In this document: piece by piece, positions 53,005 through 64,000 of the stretch
How positions within the stretch are numbered: the first letter of the stretch is position 1
Layout: the number at the start of each line of letters is the position of its first letter
Assembly (NCBI RefSeq): GCF_046119375.1
Contig: NW_027362769.1
Location: 397,854,001-397,918,000, forward strand
Direction: 5' to 3'
DNA length: 64,000 bases
Source of the DNA: Phyllobates terribilis
Lineage: Eukaryota
Translations under genes and position numbers: made by a program
The notes under the pieces: generated by a model
What the model was told of the DNA's origin: nothing
Database searches by the model: none
What the model saw: only the letters and a program-made list of their open reading frames with translations

Positions 53005-56000
53005 GGGGCTGAGCGGACAGTATCACAAAGGAGAGGATTAGATACACGGCTCAGCAGACAGTATCACACAGGAGAGGATTAGATACACGGCTCAGCAGAC
53101 AGTATCACACAGGATAGGATTAGATACATGGCTCAGCAGACAGTATCACACAGGATAGCATTAGATACACGGCTCAGCAGACAGTATCACACAGGAGAGG
53201 ATTAGATACACGGCTCAGCAGACAGTATCACAGGATAGGATTAGATACACGGCTCAGCAGACAGTATCACACTGGATAGGATTAGATACACTACTCAGCA
53301 GACGGTATCACACAGGAGACGATTAGATACATGGCTCAGCAGACAGTATCACACAGGATAGGATTAGATACACAGCTCAGCAGACTATCACACAGGAGAG
53401 GATTAGATACACAGCTCAGCAGACTATCACACAGGAGAGGATTAGATACACAGCTCAGCAGACAGTATCACACAGGAGAGGATTAGATACACGGCTCAGC
53501 AGACGGTATCACACAGGAGAGGATTAGATACACGGCTCAGCAGACGGTATCACACAGGAGAGGATTAGATACACGGCTCAGCAGACAGTATCACACAGGA
53601 GAGGATTAGATACACGGCTCAGCAGACAGTATCACACAGGAGAGGATTAGATACACGGCTCAGCAGACAGTATCACACAGGAGAGGATTAGATACACGGC
53701 TCAGCAGACAGTATCACAGGAGAGGATTAGATACATGGCTCAGCAGACAGTATCACACAGGATAGGATTAGATACACGGCTCAGCAGACAGTATCACACA
53801 GGAGAGGATTAGATACACGGCTCAGAAGACAGTATCACACAGGAGAGGATTAGATACACGGCTCAGCAGACAGTATCACACAGGAGAGGATTAGATACAC
53901 GGCTCAGCAGACAGTATCACACAGGAGAGGATTAGATACACAGCTCAGCAGACAGTATCACACAGGATAGCATTAGATACACAGCTCAGCAGACAGTATC
54001 ACACAGGATAGCATTAGATACACGGCTCAGCAGACAGTATCACACAGGATAGCATTAGATACACGGCTCAGCAGACAGTATCACACAGGAGAGGATTAGA
54101 TACACGGCTCAGCAGACAGTATCACACAGGATAGGATTAGATACACGGCTCAGCAGACAGTATCACACAGGATAGGATTAGATTCACGGCTCAGCAGACA
54201 GTATCACACAGGATAGGATTAGATACACGGTTCAGCAGACAGTATCACACTGGATAGGATTAGATACACTACTCAGCAGACGGTATCACACAGGAGACGA
54301 TTAGATACATGGCTCAGCAGACAGTATCACACAGGATAGGATTAGATACACAGCTCCGCAGACTATCACACAGGAGAGGATTAGATACACGGCTCAGCAG
54401 ACAGTATCACACAGGATAGGATTAGATACACGGCTCAGCAGACAGTATCACACAGGATAGGATTAGATACACGGCTCAGCAGACAGTATCACACAGGAGA
54501 GGATTAGATACACGGCTCAGCAGACAGTATCACACAGGAGAGGATTAGATACACGGCTCAGCAGACAGTATCACACAGGAGAGGATTAGATACACGGCTC
54601 AGCAGACTGTATCACACAGGAGAGGATTAGATACATGGCTCAGCAGACAGTATCACAGGAGAGGATTAGATACATGGCTCAGCAGACAATATCACACAGG
54701 AGAGGATTAGATACATGGCTCAAAAGACAGTATCACACAGGATAGGATTAGATACATAGCTCAGCAGACAGTATCACACAGGACAGGATTAGATACACGG
54801 CTCAGCAGACAGTATCACACAGGAGAGGATTAGATACACGGCTCAGCAGACAGTATCACACAGGAGAGGATTAGATACATAGCTCAGCAGACAGTATCAC
54901 ACAGGATAGGATTAGATACACGGCTGAGCAGACAGTATCACACAGGATAGGATTAGATACACGGCTCAGCAGACAGTATCACACAGGAGAGGATTAGATA
55001 CACGGCTCAGCAGACAGTATCACACAGGATAGGATTAGATACACGGCTCAGCAGACAGTATCACACAGGATAGGATTAGATACATAGCTCAGCAGACAGT
55101 ATCACACAGGAGAGGATTAGATACACGGCTCAGCAGACAGTATCACACAGGAGAGGATTAGATACACGGCTCAGCAGACTGTATCACACAGGAGAGGATT
55201 AGATACACAGCTCAGCAGACAGTATTACACAGGAGAGGATTAGATACACGGCTCAGCAGACAGTATCACACAGGATAGGATTAGATACACAGCCCAGCAG
55301 ACAGTATCACACAGGAGAGGATTAGATACACGGCTCAGCAGACAGTATCACACAGGAGAGGATTAGATACACGGCTCAGCAAACAGTATCACACAGGATA
55401 GGATTAGATACACGGCTCAGCAGACAGTATCACACAGGATAGGATTAGATACACGGCTCAGCAGACAGTATCACACAGGAGAGGATTAGATACACGGCTC
55501 ATCAGACAGCATCACACAGGAGAGGATTAGATACACGGCTCAGCAGACAGCATCACACAGGAGAGGATTAGATACACGGCTCAGCACACAGTATCACACA
55601 GGATAGGATTAGATACACGGCTCAGCAGACAGTATCACACAGGATAGGATTAGATACACTGCTCAGCAGACAGTATCACACAGGATAGGATTAGATATAC
55701 GGCTCAGCAAACAGTATCACACAGGATAGGATTAGATACACGGCTCAGCAGACGGTATCACACAGGATAGGATTAGATACACGACTCAGCAGACAGTATC
55801 ACACAGGAGAGGATTAGATACATGGCTCAGCAGACGGTATCACACAGGATAGGATTAGATATACGGCTCAGCAAACAGTATCACACAGGACAGGATTAGA
55901 TACATGGCTCAGCAGACAGTATCACACAGGAGAGGATTAGATACACGGCTCAGCAGACAGTATCACACAGGAGAGGATTAGATACACGGCTCAACAGACA

Positions 56001-56626
56001 GTATCACACAGGAGAGGATTAGATACACGGCTCAGCAGACAGTATCACACAGGATAGGATTAGATACACGGCTCAGCAGACAGTATCACACAGGAGAGGA
56101 TTAGATACACGGCTCAACAGACAGTATCACACAGGAGAGGATTAGATACACAGCTCAGCAGACAGTATCACACAGGAGAGGATTAGATACACGGCTCAGC
56201 AGACAGTATCACACAGGAGAGGATTAGATACACGGCTCAGCAGACGGTATCACACAGGAGAGGATTAGATACACAGCTCAGCAGACAGTATCACACAGGA
56301 GAGGATTAGATACACGGCTCAGCAGACGGTATCACACAGGAGAGGATTAGATACACAGCTCAGCAGACAGTATCACACAGGAGAGGATTAGATACACGGC
56401 TCAGCAGACAGTATCACACAGGATAGGGTTAGATACACGGCTCAGCAGACAGTATCACACAGGAGAGGATTAGATACACAGCTCAGCAGACAGTATCACA
56501 CAGGAGAGGATTAGATACACGGCTCAGCAGACAGTATCACACAGGAGAGGATTAGATACACAGCTCAGCAGACAGTATCACACAGGATAGGATTAGATAC
56601 ACGGCTCAGCAGACAGTATCACACAG
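53005..56626. repeat. 41-bp satellite, about 88 copies
   Basis: Unit GCAGACAGTATCACACAGGA(G/T)AGGATTAGATACACGGCTCA. Confidence 0.97.
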
Positions 56627-56663
56627 TATGCAGGCCGTAGTGTCTGGAGGATATAACACATCA

Positions 56664-56678
56664 CCAGTAGAGGGCGCT
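56664..56678 (+). promoter_or_regulatory. CTCF consensus motif
   Basis: CCAGTAGAGGGCGCT; motif only. Confidence 0.5.
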
Positions 56679-57749
56679 CTCCTCCAGAGAGAACAGAAAG
56701 TGAAACTACCTTGTGTTCCTCCTCAGGAGTCCGGAGACGTCGCCCGGTGTTGTGTGCGGGGCAGCCGGGACCTCACTGTTCGCAGTCCCCGAGGAATCGT
56801 CTATTCTGAGGGTCCCGGTAAGAGAATAACGTACAATGTGATCATGTGCTGAACCTATAACTCAGCAATGTGTAGACGTCAGGAACCACAAGTCCCAGCA
56901 CTGATAGGAAAAGGCACCAGGTGCTCATGAGATCTGAGCAGCACTCCCATCATCCGTCCCTGTAGTTACAGAGGTGTGAATCACAAAGCAGGAAAGGAAC
57001 CTGACCTTACAGGAGCCTGAACCCTGAGCAGTGTGAACAGGAGGCTGCAGCCCGGTGTGATTGATGCTGCTGGCAGTATAGGGGACTACCTGTCAATCAC
57101 CTGGAGAGGGGCAAGGAGAAGCCGCCGGGACCCAGTCTGGGCAGCATGACTCTGATGACAGGTTCCTTTGGGCTACGGCCCCACTATCAGTATTTTTTCT
57201 CAGAAGTGGGCGCTCCCTGTATATAGAGATACATGATAAGATACTGTCTGCAGCCACCACTATATGGGTATATGGGGTAACGGTAGCAGAGCCTGTCTGG
57301 TGGCCTTACCCAGGTACATAGCTATTTTAGCTTATTTATGACCAATTGGTTGTATTACTTCCATCTGTATAAGGGTTTTAACCCTTTTGTTTCTGGGTAT
57401 TTTGATTGTGATGGGATATTATTGCTTTGGGGGTACTATTTGTAAAAGGTATTCATGATGGGTGGTATATATTTATTAATACATGTGACCCTGTCGCTCC
57501 CCCCCCCCTTATATTTCCACTTGCTATATAGGCTGACCTTTCGGGCGCTGTGTCACAGTTTTTAACATTGTTTTATTCATGTGGATCCAGCACTCTGTGT
57601 CTACTCTGTCGTCCGCATTTATCTTTGTAATTTGTGTTTACTACATGTGTTAATAAAGGAATTTTCTTACTTCTTTACAATTTTGAACTTGTGTGGCCAT
57701 CTTTTTGTTTCTCTGCTTCACAGAGGAACAATCCCCCCTTATCTTTATT

Positions 57750-60500
57750 ATGATAAGATCCTGTCTGCAGCCACCACTAGGGGAAGCTCCCTGTATACAG
57801 AGATACATCATAAGATCCTGTCTGCAGCCACCACTAGGGGAAGCTCCCTGTATACAGAGATACATGATAAGATTCTGTCTACAGCCACCACTAAGGGGAG
57901 CTCCCTGTATAAAGAGATACATGATAAGATCCTGTCTGCAGCCACCACTAGGGGAAGCTCCCTGTATACAGAGATACATGATAAGATCCTGTCTGCAGCC
58001 ACCACTAGGGGGAGCTCCCTGTATACAGAGATACATGATAAGATTCTGTCTGCAGCCACCACTAGGGGGAGCTCCCTGTGTACAGAGATACATGATAAGA
58101 TCCTGTCTGCAGCTACCACTAGGGGGAGCTCCCTGTATGCAGAGAAACATAAGATTCTGTCTGCAGCCACCACTAGGGGGAGCTCCCTGTATACAGAGAT
58201 ACATGATAAGATTGTGTCTGCAGCCACCACTAGGGGGAGCTCCCTGCATACAGAGATACATGATAAGATCCTGTCTGCAGTCATCACTAGGGGGAGCTCC
58301 CTGTATACAGAGATACATGATAAGATTCTGTCTGCATCCACCACTAGGGGGAGCTCCCTGTATACAGAGATACATGATAAGATCCTATCTACAGCCACCA
58401 CTAGGGGGAGCTCCCTGTATACTGAGATACATGATAAGATCCTGTCTGCAGTCATCACTAGGGGGAGCTCCCTGTATACAGAAATACATGATAAGATTCT
58501 GTCTGCATCCACCACTAGGGGGAGCTCCCTGTATACAGAGATACATGATAAGATCCTGTCTACAGCCACCACTAGGGGGAGCTCCCTGTATACAGAGATA
58601 CAGTACAGACCAAAAGTTTGGACACACCTTCTGATTTAGAGATTTTTCTGTATTTTCCTGACTATGAAAATTGTACATTCACACTGAAGGCATCAAAACT
58701 ATGAATTACCACATGTGGAATTATATACTTAACAAAAAAGTGTGAAACAACTGAAAATATGTCTTATATTCTAGGCTCTTCACAGTAGCCACCTTTTGCT
58801 TTGATGACTGCTTTGCACACTCTTGGCATTCTCTTGATGAGCTTCAAGAGGTAGTCACCGGAAATGGTCTTCCTACAATCTTGAAGGAGTTCCCAGAGAT
58901 GCTTAGCACTTGTTGGCCCTTTTGCCTTCACGCTGCGGTCCAGCTCACCCCAAACCATCTCGATTGGGTTCAGGTCTGGTGACTGTGGAGGCCAGGTCAT
59001 CTGGCGTAGCCCCCCATCACTCTCCTTCTTGGTCACATAGCCCTTACACAGCCTGGAGGTGAGTTTGGGGTCATTGTTCTGTTGAAAAATAAATGAAGGT
59101 CCAACTAAACGCAAACCGGATGGAATAGCATGCCGCTGCAAGATGCTGTGGTTGCCATGCTGGTTCAGTATGCCTTCAATTTTGAATAAAACCCCAACAG
59201 TGTCACCAGCAAAGCCCCCCCACACCATCACACCTCCTCCTCCATGCTTCACTGTGGGAACCAGGCATGTAGAGTCCATCCGTTCACCTTTTCTGCGTCG
59301 CACAAAGACACGGTGGTTGGAACCAAAGATCTCAAATTTGGACTCATCAGACCAAAGCACAGATTTCCACTGGTCTAATGTCCATTCCTTGTGTTCTTTA
59401 GCCCAAACAAGTCTCCTCTGCTTGTTGCCTGTCCTTAGCAGTGGTTTCCTAGCAGCTATTTTACCATGAAGGCCTGCTGCACAAAGTCTCCTCTTAACAG
59501 TTGTTGTAGAGATGTGTCTGCTGCTAGAACTCTGTGTGGCATTGACCTGGTCTCTAATCTGAGCTGCTGTTAACCTGCGATTTCTGAGGCTGGTGACTCA
59601 GATAAACTTATCCTCAGAAGCAGAGGTGACTCTTGGTCTTCCTTTCCTGGGGCGGTCCTCATGTGAGCCAGTTTCTTTGTAGCGCTTGATGATTTTTGCA
59701 ACTGTACTTGGGGACACTTTCAAAGTTTGCCCAATTTTTCGCACTGACTGACCTTCATTTCTTAAAATAATGATGGCCACTCGTTTTTCTTTACTTAGCT
59801 GCTTTTTTCTTGCCATAATACGAATTCTAACGGTCTATTCAGTAGGACTATCAGCTGTGTATCCACCTGACTTCTGCACAACACAACTGATGGTCCCAAC
59901 CCCATTTATAAGGCAAGAAATCCCACTTATTAAACCTGACAGGGCACACCTGTGAAGTGAAGACCATTTCCGGTGACTACCTCTTGAAGCTCATCAAGAG
60001 AATGCCAAGAGTGTGCAAAGCCGTCATCAAAGCAAAAGGTGGCTACTGTGAAGAAACTAGAATATAAGACATATTTTCAGTTGTTTCACACTTTTTTGTT
60101 AAGTATATAATTCCACATGTGATAATTCATAGTTTTGATGCCTTCAGTGTGAATGTACAATTTTCATAGTCATGAAAATACAGAAAAATCTTTAAATGAG
60201 AAGGTGTGTCCAAACTTTTGGTCTGTACTGTACATGATAAGATTCTGTCTGCAGTCACCACTAGGGGGAGCTCCCTGTATACAGAGATACATGATAAGAT
60301 TCTGTCTGCAGCCACCACTAGGGGGAGCTCCCTGTATACAGAGATACATGATAAGATCCTGTCTGCAGCCACCACTAGGGGGAGCTCCCTGTATACAGAG
60401 ATACATGATAAGATTCTGTCTGCAGCCACCACTAGGGGGAGCTCCCTGTATACAGAGATACATGATAAAATTCTCTCCGCATCCACCACTAGGTGGAGCT
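57750..60500. repeat. 57-bp minisatellite, about 20 copies, split by a Tc1 (57750-58600 and 60231-60500)
   Basis: Unit ATGATAAGATCCTGTCTGCAGCCACCACTAGGGGGAGCTCCCTGTATACAGAGATAC. Confidence 0.95.
58601..60230 (-). mobile_element. Full-length Tc1 transposon (1630 bp) with inactivated transposase
   Basis: TIRs start CAGTACAGACCAAAAGTTTGGACACACC and run about 270 bp, overlapping the ORF end; TA TSD at 58599-58600 and 60231-60232. Transposase 59816-58764 has an in-frame TGA at 59600-59598 and QQNND in place of the catalytic QQDND. Confidence 0.96.
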
Positions 60501-60934
60501 TCCTGCTCGTCAGTACTGCGGGACCTTACACAATCTGACATTGTTTAGACCAGGGGTCCTCAAACTACGGCCCGCGGGCCACATGTTGCCCGCGGAGGAC
60601 TTTCATCCGGCCCGCCGGGCTATGGGCGGAGGGGAGCTGTACCATTGCCCGCCCTACCCCTCGCTTGATCAGGGCCCCGGCAGGCGGATACTTACCTCTC
60701 CCCGTGCCTCCTCAGATCCGCTGTCTTCCGTGCTCTGCGCTTCCTGTGACGTCTCAGGTCAGAGGGCGCGGTGACGTCTTTACACCGCGCCCTCCCGAGT
60801 GCCGTCACAGTCAGCGCAGAGCGGGACGCCGCCGCCGCGACGCTGGAGTCCAGACCAGAGTAGAGCAGCGGCAGCAAGTGAGAAGTGAGGTGAGTATTGG
60901 ATTTTTTTTTTTTTTTAATGTATGGAGGCATAGG

Positions 60935-62630
60935 TCATTATATGGGGGGGTGACATCCTGCAAGGGGTATAATATGGGGGGCTGACATCCTGCATGTGGC
61001 ATTATATGGGGGGGTGACATGCTGCATGTGGCATTATATGGGGGGGTGACATGCTGCATGGGACATTATATGGGGGGGAGGGACATCCTGCATGGGGCCT
61101 AATATGGGGGGGGGTGACATGCTGCATGGGGCATTATATGGGGGGGAGGTGACATGCTGCATGTGGCATTATATGGGGAGGAAGGTGACATGCTGCATGT
61201 GGCATTATATGGGGGGGGAGGGTGACATGCTGCATGTGGCATTATATGGGGGGGAGGGTGACATGCTGCATGGGGCATTATATGGGGGGGAGGGTGACAT
61301 ACAGCATGCGGCATTATATGGGGGAGAGGGTGACATGCTGCATGGGGCATTATATGGGGGGAGGGTAACATGCTGCATGGGGCATTATATGGGGGGGAGG
61401 GTGACATGCTGCATGGGGCATTATATGGGGGGGAGGGTGACATGCTGCATGGGGCATTATATGGGGGGAAGGGTGACATGCTGCATGGGGCATTATATGG
61501 GGGGGAGGGTGACATGCTGCATGGGGCATTATATGAGGGGGTGACATCCTGCATGGGGCATTATATGGCGGGGGTGACATCCTGCATGGGGCATTATATG
61601 GGGGGGAGGGTGACATGCTGCATGGGGCATTATATGGGGGGAAGAGGTGACATCCTGCATGGGGCATTATATGGGGGGGTGACATGCTGCATGTGGCATT
61701 ATATGGGGGGTGACATGCTGCATGGGACATTATATGGGGGGGAAGGGACATGCTGCATGGGGCATTATATGGGGGGAAAGGGACATCCTGCATGGGGCCT
61801 AATATGGGGGGGTGACATGCTGCATGGGGCATTATATGGGGGGGGAGGTGACATGCTGCATGTGGCATTATATGGGGAGGAAGGTGACATGCTGCATGTG
61901 GCATTATATGGGGGGGGAGGGTGACATGCTGCATGGGGCATTATATGGGGGGGAGGGTGACATGCTGCATGGGGCATTATATGGGGGGGAGGGTGACATG
62001 CTGCATGCGGCATTATATGGGGGAGAGGGTGACATGCTGCATGCGGCATTATATGGGGGAGAGGGTGACATGCTGCATGGGGCATTATATGGGGGGGAGG
62101 GTAACATGCTGCATGGGGCATTATATGGGGGGGAGGGTGACATGCTGCATGGGGCATTATATGGGGGGGAGGGTGACATGCTGCATGGGGCATTATATGG
62201 GGGGAGGGTGACATGCTGCATGGGGCATTATATGGGGGGAAGAGGTGACATCCTGCATGAGGCATTATATGAGGGGGTGACATCCTGCATGGGGCATTAT
62301 ATGGCGGGGGTGACATCCTGCATGGGGCATTATATGGGGGGGTGACATCTTGCATGGTGCATTATATGGGGGAGTGATATCCTGCATGGGGCATTATATG
62401 GGGGGGTGACATCCTGCATGGGGCATTAGATGGGGGGTGACATCCTGCATGGGGCATTAGATGGGGGGTGACATCCTGCATGGGGCATGATATGGGGGGT
62501 GACATCCTGCATGGGGCATTATATGGGGGGGGAGGGACATTCTGCATGGGGCATTATAAAGACAGGGGAGTGATATCCTGCATGGGGCATTATATGGGGG
62601 GTGGCATCCAGCATGGGGCATTATAAGGGG
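60935..62630. repeat. About 36-bp G-rich minisatellite
   Basis: Unit GACATGCTGCATGGGGCATTATATGGGGGGGAGGGT with variable G-runs. Confidence 0.95.
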
Positions 62631-62664
62631 GGGGAACATCCTGCATATGGCATTATAAGGGGGA

Positions 62665-64000
62665 ACAGCCTGCCTATTGGGAACATTTACCTGCCTATTG
62701 GAAACATTTACCTGCCTATTGAGGACCTATGCTGTCTATTGGGAACATTTACCTGCCTATTGGGAACATTTACCTGCCTATTGGGGACCTATGCTGCCTA
62801 TTGGGGACATTTACCTGCCTATTGAGGACCTATGCTGCCTATTGGGGACATTTACCTGCCTATTAGGGACCTATGCTGCCTATTGGGGACCTATGCTGCC
62901 TATTGGGGACATTTACCTGCCTATTGGGGACCTATGCTGCCTATTGGGGACATTTACCTGCCTATTGGGGACCTATGCTGCCTATTGGGGACATTTACCT
63001 GTCTATTGGGTACATTTACCTGCCTATTGGGGACCTATGCTGCGTATTGGGTACATTTACCTGCCTATTGGGTACAGTTACCTGCCTATTGGGTACATTT
63101 ACCTGCCTATTGGGGACCTATGCTGCGTATTGGGTACATTTACCTGCCTATTGGGGACCTATGCTGCCTATTGGGTACATTTACCTGCCTATTGGGTACA
63201 TTTACCTGCCTATTGGGGACCTATGCTGCCTATTGGGTACAGTTACCTGCCTATTGGGGACCTATGCTGCATACTGGGGACATTTACCTGCCTATTGGGG
63301 ACCTATGCTGCCTATTGGGGACAATGACCTGCCTATTGGGGACATTTACCTGCCTATTGAGGACCTATGCTGCCTATTGGGGACATTTACCTGCCTATTG
63401 AGGACCTATGCTGCCTATTGGGGACATTTACCTGCCTATTAGGGACCTATGCTGCCTATTGGGGACCTATGCTGCCTATTGGGGACATTTACCTGCCTAT
63501 TGGGGACCTATGCTGCCTATTGGGGACATTTACCTGCCTATTGGGGACCTATGCTGCCTATTGGGGACATTTACCTGCCTATTGGGGACAGTTACCTGCC
63601 TATTGGGTACATTTACCTGCCTATTGGGGACCTATGCTGCGTATTGGGTACATTTACCTGCCTATTGGGGACCTATGCTGCCTATTGGGTACATTTACCT
63701 GCCTATTGGGGACATTTACCTGCCTATTGGGGACATTTACCTGCCTATTGGGTACATTTACCTGCCTATTGGGTACATTTACCTGCCTATTGGGGACCTA
63801 TGCTGCCTATTGGGTACAGTTACCTGCCTATTGGGGACCTATGCTGCCTATTGGGTACATTTACCTGCCTATTGGGGACCTATGCTGCCTACTGGGGACA
63901 TTTACCTGCCTATTGGGGACCTATGCTGCCTATTGGGGACAATGACCTGCCTATTGGGGACATTTACCTGCCTATTGGGGACATTTACCTGCCTATTGGG
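62665..64000. repeat. 20/21-bp two-variant minisatellite
   Basis: Interleaved ACATTTACCTGCCTATTGGGG and ACCTATGCTGCCTATTGGGG; runs off the window end. Confidence 0.95.

Larger units (their letters stand above)
60551..64000 (+). mobile_element. hAT/Charlie-like non-autonomous element; right end lies beyond the window
   Basis: Left TIR CAGGGGTCCTCAAACTACGGCCCGCGGGCC preceded by GTTTAGAC, similar to the NTCTAGAN target. The interior is occupied by two minisatellites. Confidence 0.7.

Noticed and set aside
53005-56626. Regular repeats here and in other arrays superficially like CRISPR arrays
   Set aside because: Units are contiguous with no unique spacers, there are no cas genes, and the context is eukaryotic.
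57581-58639. 352-aa ORF with 19-aa repeats
   Set aside because: It arises from the 57-bp array, which is open in several frames on both strands and is interrupted by a Tc1; no splice or codon evidence.
58764-59816. Possibly active Tc1 transposase
   Set aside because: It has an in-frame TGA after the DNA-binding domain and a D>N change at the second catalytic aspartate.
60811-63945. Many Pro/His/Gly-rich ORFs
   Set aside because: They are translations of the 36-bp and 20/21-bp minisatellites inside the hAT element.

Overview
Vertebrate genomic DNA; the repeat landscape and gene sequences suggest a frog (inference). Main contents: (1) an intact 15-exon FUS gene on the minus strand (CDS 45213->35301, 557 aa, ending in the PY-NLS ...RQDRRDRPY) with a TATA/CpG-island promoter; (2) a ~4 kb decayed tail-to-tail block holding the 3' part of a KAT8/MOF pseudogene (solo-LTR insertion, frameshift, nonsense codon) and the last exon of a prostasin/PRSS8-like pseudogene (nonsense codon); (3) two different DIRS tyrosine-recombinase retrotransposons joined head-to-tail with no spacer, each with an apparent spliceosomal intron in gag; (4) a three-exon, 268-aa orphan gene model (51494-52931, +) divergent from FUS, carrying a PP1-docking-like KTVKF motif; (5) a ~490-bp highly structured insert with a hammerhead-like motif inside a Tc1 element; (6) L1, Tc1, hAT, piggyBac-like, Kolobok-like and LTR relics, and about ten minisatellite arrays, including one with splice-site-like motifs inside FUS intron 11 and one with a CTCF-like motif per unit. 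Most long ORFs in the track are artefacts of tandem repeats or antisense/GC-rich frames. No rRNA, tRNA or CRISPR array is supported. All calls come from reading the sequence by eye; no database search was run.
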